From positions 78,132-92,362 of IMG/VR virus record IMGVR_UViG_3300050011_000047: 14,231 bases of DNA. One strand, 5' to 3'. Within the stretch, counting starts at the first letter, position 1; every line of letters starts with the position of its first letter. The notes beneath the pieces are model-generated. The model did not search any database, was not told the DNA's origin, and saw only the letters and a program-made list of their open reading frames with translations. The translations under genes and the position numbers were made by a program. This DNA comes from a virus (lineage: Duplodnaviria > Heunggongvirae > Uroviricota > Caudoviricetes). This document shows, piece after piece, positions 13,248 through 14,231 of this stretch.

Positions 13248-14231
13248 TGGAAGTGAACCGTCCCCGCAAGGGGCTTACGTCTGAGGCGCGCGAGAAACTT
13301 GTAGATCAGATTGCCGATGCGGCTGCGCTCAAGGCGGCGGCTGCGCTCGGTGACGTGCTCAAGGACGTGCGCGCCGAGCCCGGCAAGCCGGGGTTGCGCG
13401 GCGCAGACGGCAACGACGGCCCGCCCGGCCCGAAGGGCGCAGACGGGCGCGACGGCGAGCCCGGCGAACCCGGCCCTACCGGCCCCGAAGGCCCGCCCGG
13501 CCCGAAGGGCGATACCGGCCCGAGCGGCGCGAGCGGCCCGAGCGGCCCGGCGGGTAAGGGCGGGCTCTCGATCTTCGGCGGCGGCGGCGGTAAGGCGCTC
13601 ATTCCACCGTTCCGTCCGGCGGGTACAACGCTCGTTCTCTCCGCCAAGGACGGAGACGATCCTCGCGCATGGGTAGCGCACGACATCAACGACATCGTGA
13701 CCGGCGGTGCAGGTGGTACCGGCGGCACAGGAGCGCAGGGCGCACCGGGCATAGACGGAGCCATCGGGCCTACAGGCCCGGCAGGCGCAGTAGGCCCCAC
13801 CGGAGCGGGCGGCGCAGCGGGAGCCGACGGCGCAGCAGGCCCGAGCGGCCCTACAGGCCCGGCGGGCGGCACAGGAGGCACAGGAGCAGCCGGTGCGGTA
13901 GGTGCAACCGGAAGTGCGGGCGGAACGGGAGGCACGGGCGCAGCAGGCGGCACAGGCCCACAAGGGGCAGGAGGTCTTGACGGTAACCCCGGTTCCGTCG
14001 GAGGCACAGGAGGCACAGGAGGCACAGGCTCGGCGGGTTCCGCAGGCGGTACGGGTGGGACGGGAGCCGCAGGAGGCATCGGCGCGACTGGCCCCACAGG
14101 TGGTACAGGAGGCACAGGCTCGGCGGGTTCCGCAGGCGGTACGGGTGGGACGGGAGCCGCAGGAGGCATCGGCGCGACTGGCCCCACAGGTGGTACAGGA
14201 GGCACAGGCTCGGCGGGTTCCGCAGGCGGTA
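13247..14231 (+). CDS. collagen-like (Gly-X-Y) protein, likely head or tail fibre; 3' end truncated by the window
   Basis: Hand-translated (absent from track as no stop): MEVNRPRKG..., about 20 charged GXY triplets, a short non-collagen linker, then about 59 uninterrupted GXY triplets rich in GGT/GPT/GAT/GSA. Confidence 0.9.
   Translation, partial: MEVNRPRKGLTSEAREKLVDQIADAAALKAAAALGDVLKDVRAEPGKPGLRGADGNDGPPGPKGADGRDGEPGEPGPTGPEGPPGPKGDTGPSGASGPSGPAGKGGLSIFGGGGGKALIPPFRPAGTTLVLSAKDGDDPRAWVAHDINDIVTGGAGGTGGTGAQGAPGIDGAIGPTGPAGAVGPTGAGGAAGADGAAGPSGPTGPAGGTGGTGAAGAVGATGSAGGTGGTGAAGGTGPQGAGGLDGNPGSVGGTGGTGGTGSAGSAGGTGGTGAAGGIGATGPTGGTGGTGSAGSAGGTGGTGAAGGIGATGPTGGTGGTGSAGSAGG
14015..14231 (+). 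repeat. perfect 90-bp tandem repeat (about 2.4 copies, runs off the window)
   Basis: Copies start at 14015, 14105, 14195; unit TGGTGSAGSAGGTGGTGAAGGIGATGPTGG; 9-bp GGCACAGG(A/C) x3 at 14003-14029. Confidence 0.95.

Noticed and set aside
13244-14205. Minus-strand Pro-rich (13306-14205) and Cys/Ala/Arg-rich (13244-13963) ORFs
   Set aside because: Antisense shadows of the plus-strand Gly-X-Y gene
13699-14231. PE_PGRS-like call for the GGTGGTG region
   Set aside because: Strict triplet Gly register and no PE domain; fits a collagen-like protein
14015-14231. CRISPR array
   Set aside because: Contiguous in-frame 90-bp units with no spacers; no cas genes

Overview
High-GC (about two-thirds by eye) tailed-phage or prophage segment. 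The host is probably Actinomycetota-like, inferred from many leaderless TANNNT promoters and a GAAC-N4-GTTC LexA-type box. Order: coupled small ORFs (several Cys-rich), a 415-aa acidic protein, a papain-like cysteine protease, terminase small and large subunits, FkbM methyltransferase, small membrane protein, tRNA-Gln(CTG), HNH endonuclease, tRNA-Pro(TGG), GH24 lysozyme tail-to-tail with a stand-alone 3D-domain protein, small early-type genes with a wHTH protein, two minus-strand genes including a Methyltransf_24-type enzyme, an XkdF-like prohead protease, and a collagen-like (Gly-X-Y) protein running off the window. No portal, capsid or integrase is recognisable. Most striking: window-wide avoidance of CCAG/CTGG enforced by synonymous codon choice, a split morphogenesis module whose genes have their own leaderless promoters (the terS one carries a LexA-like box), repeated structures that bury promoters or RBSs, and a Thr-rich collagen near two glycan-type methyltransferases. 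All calls come from reading motifs by eye; no searches were run.
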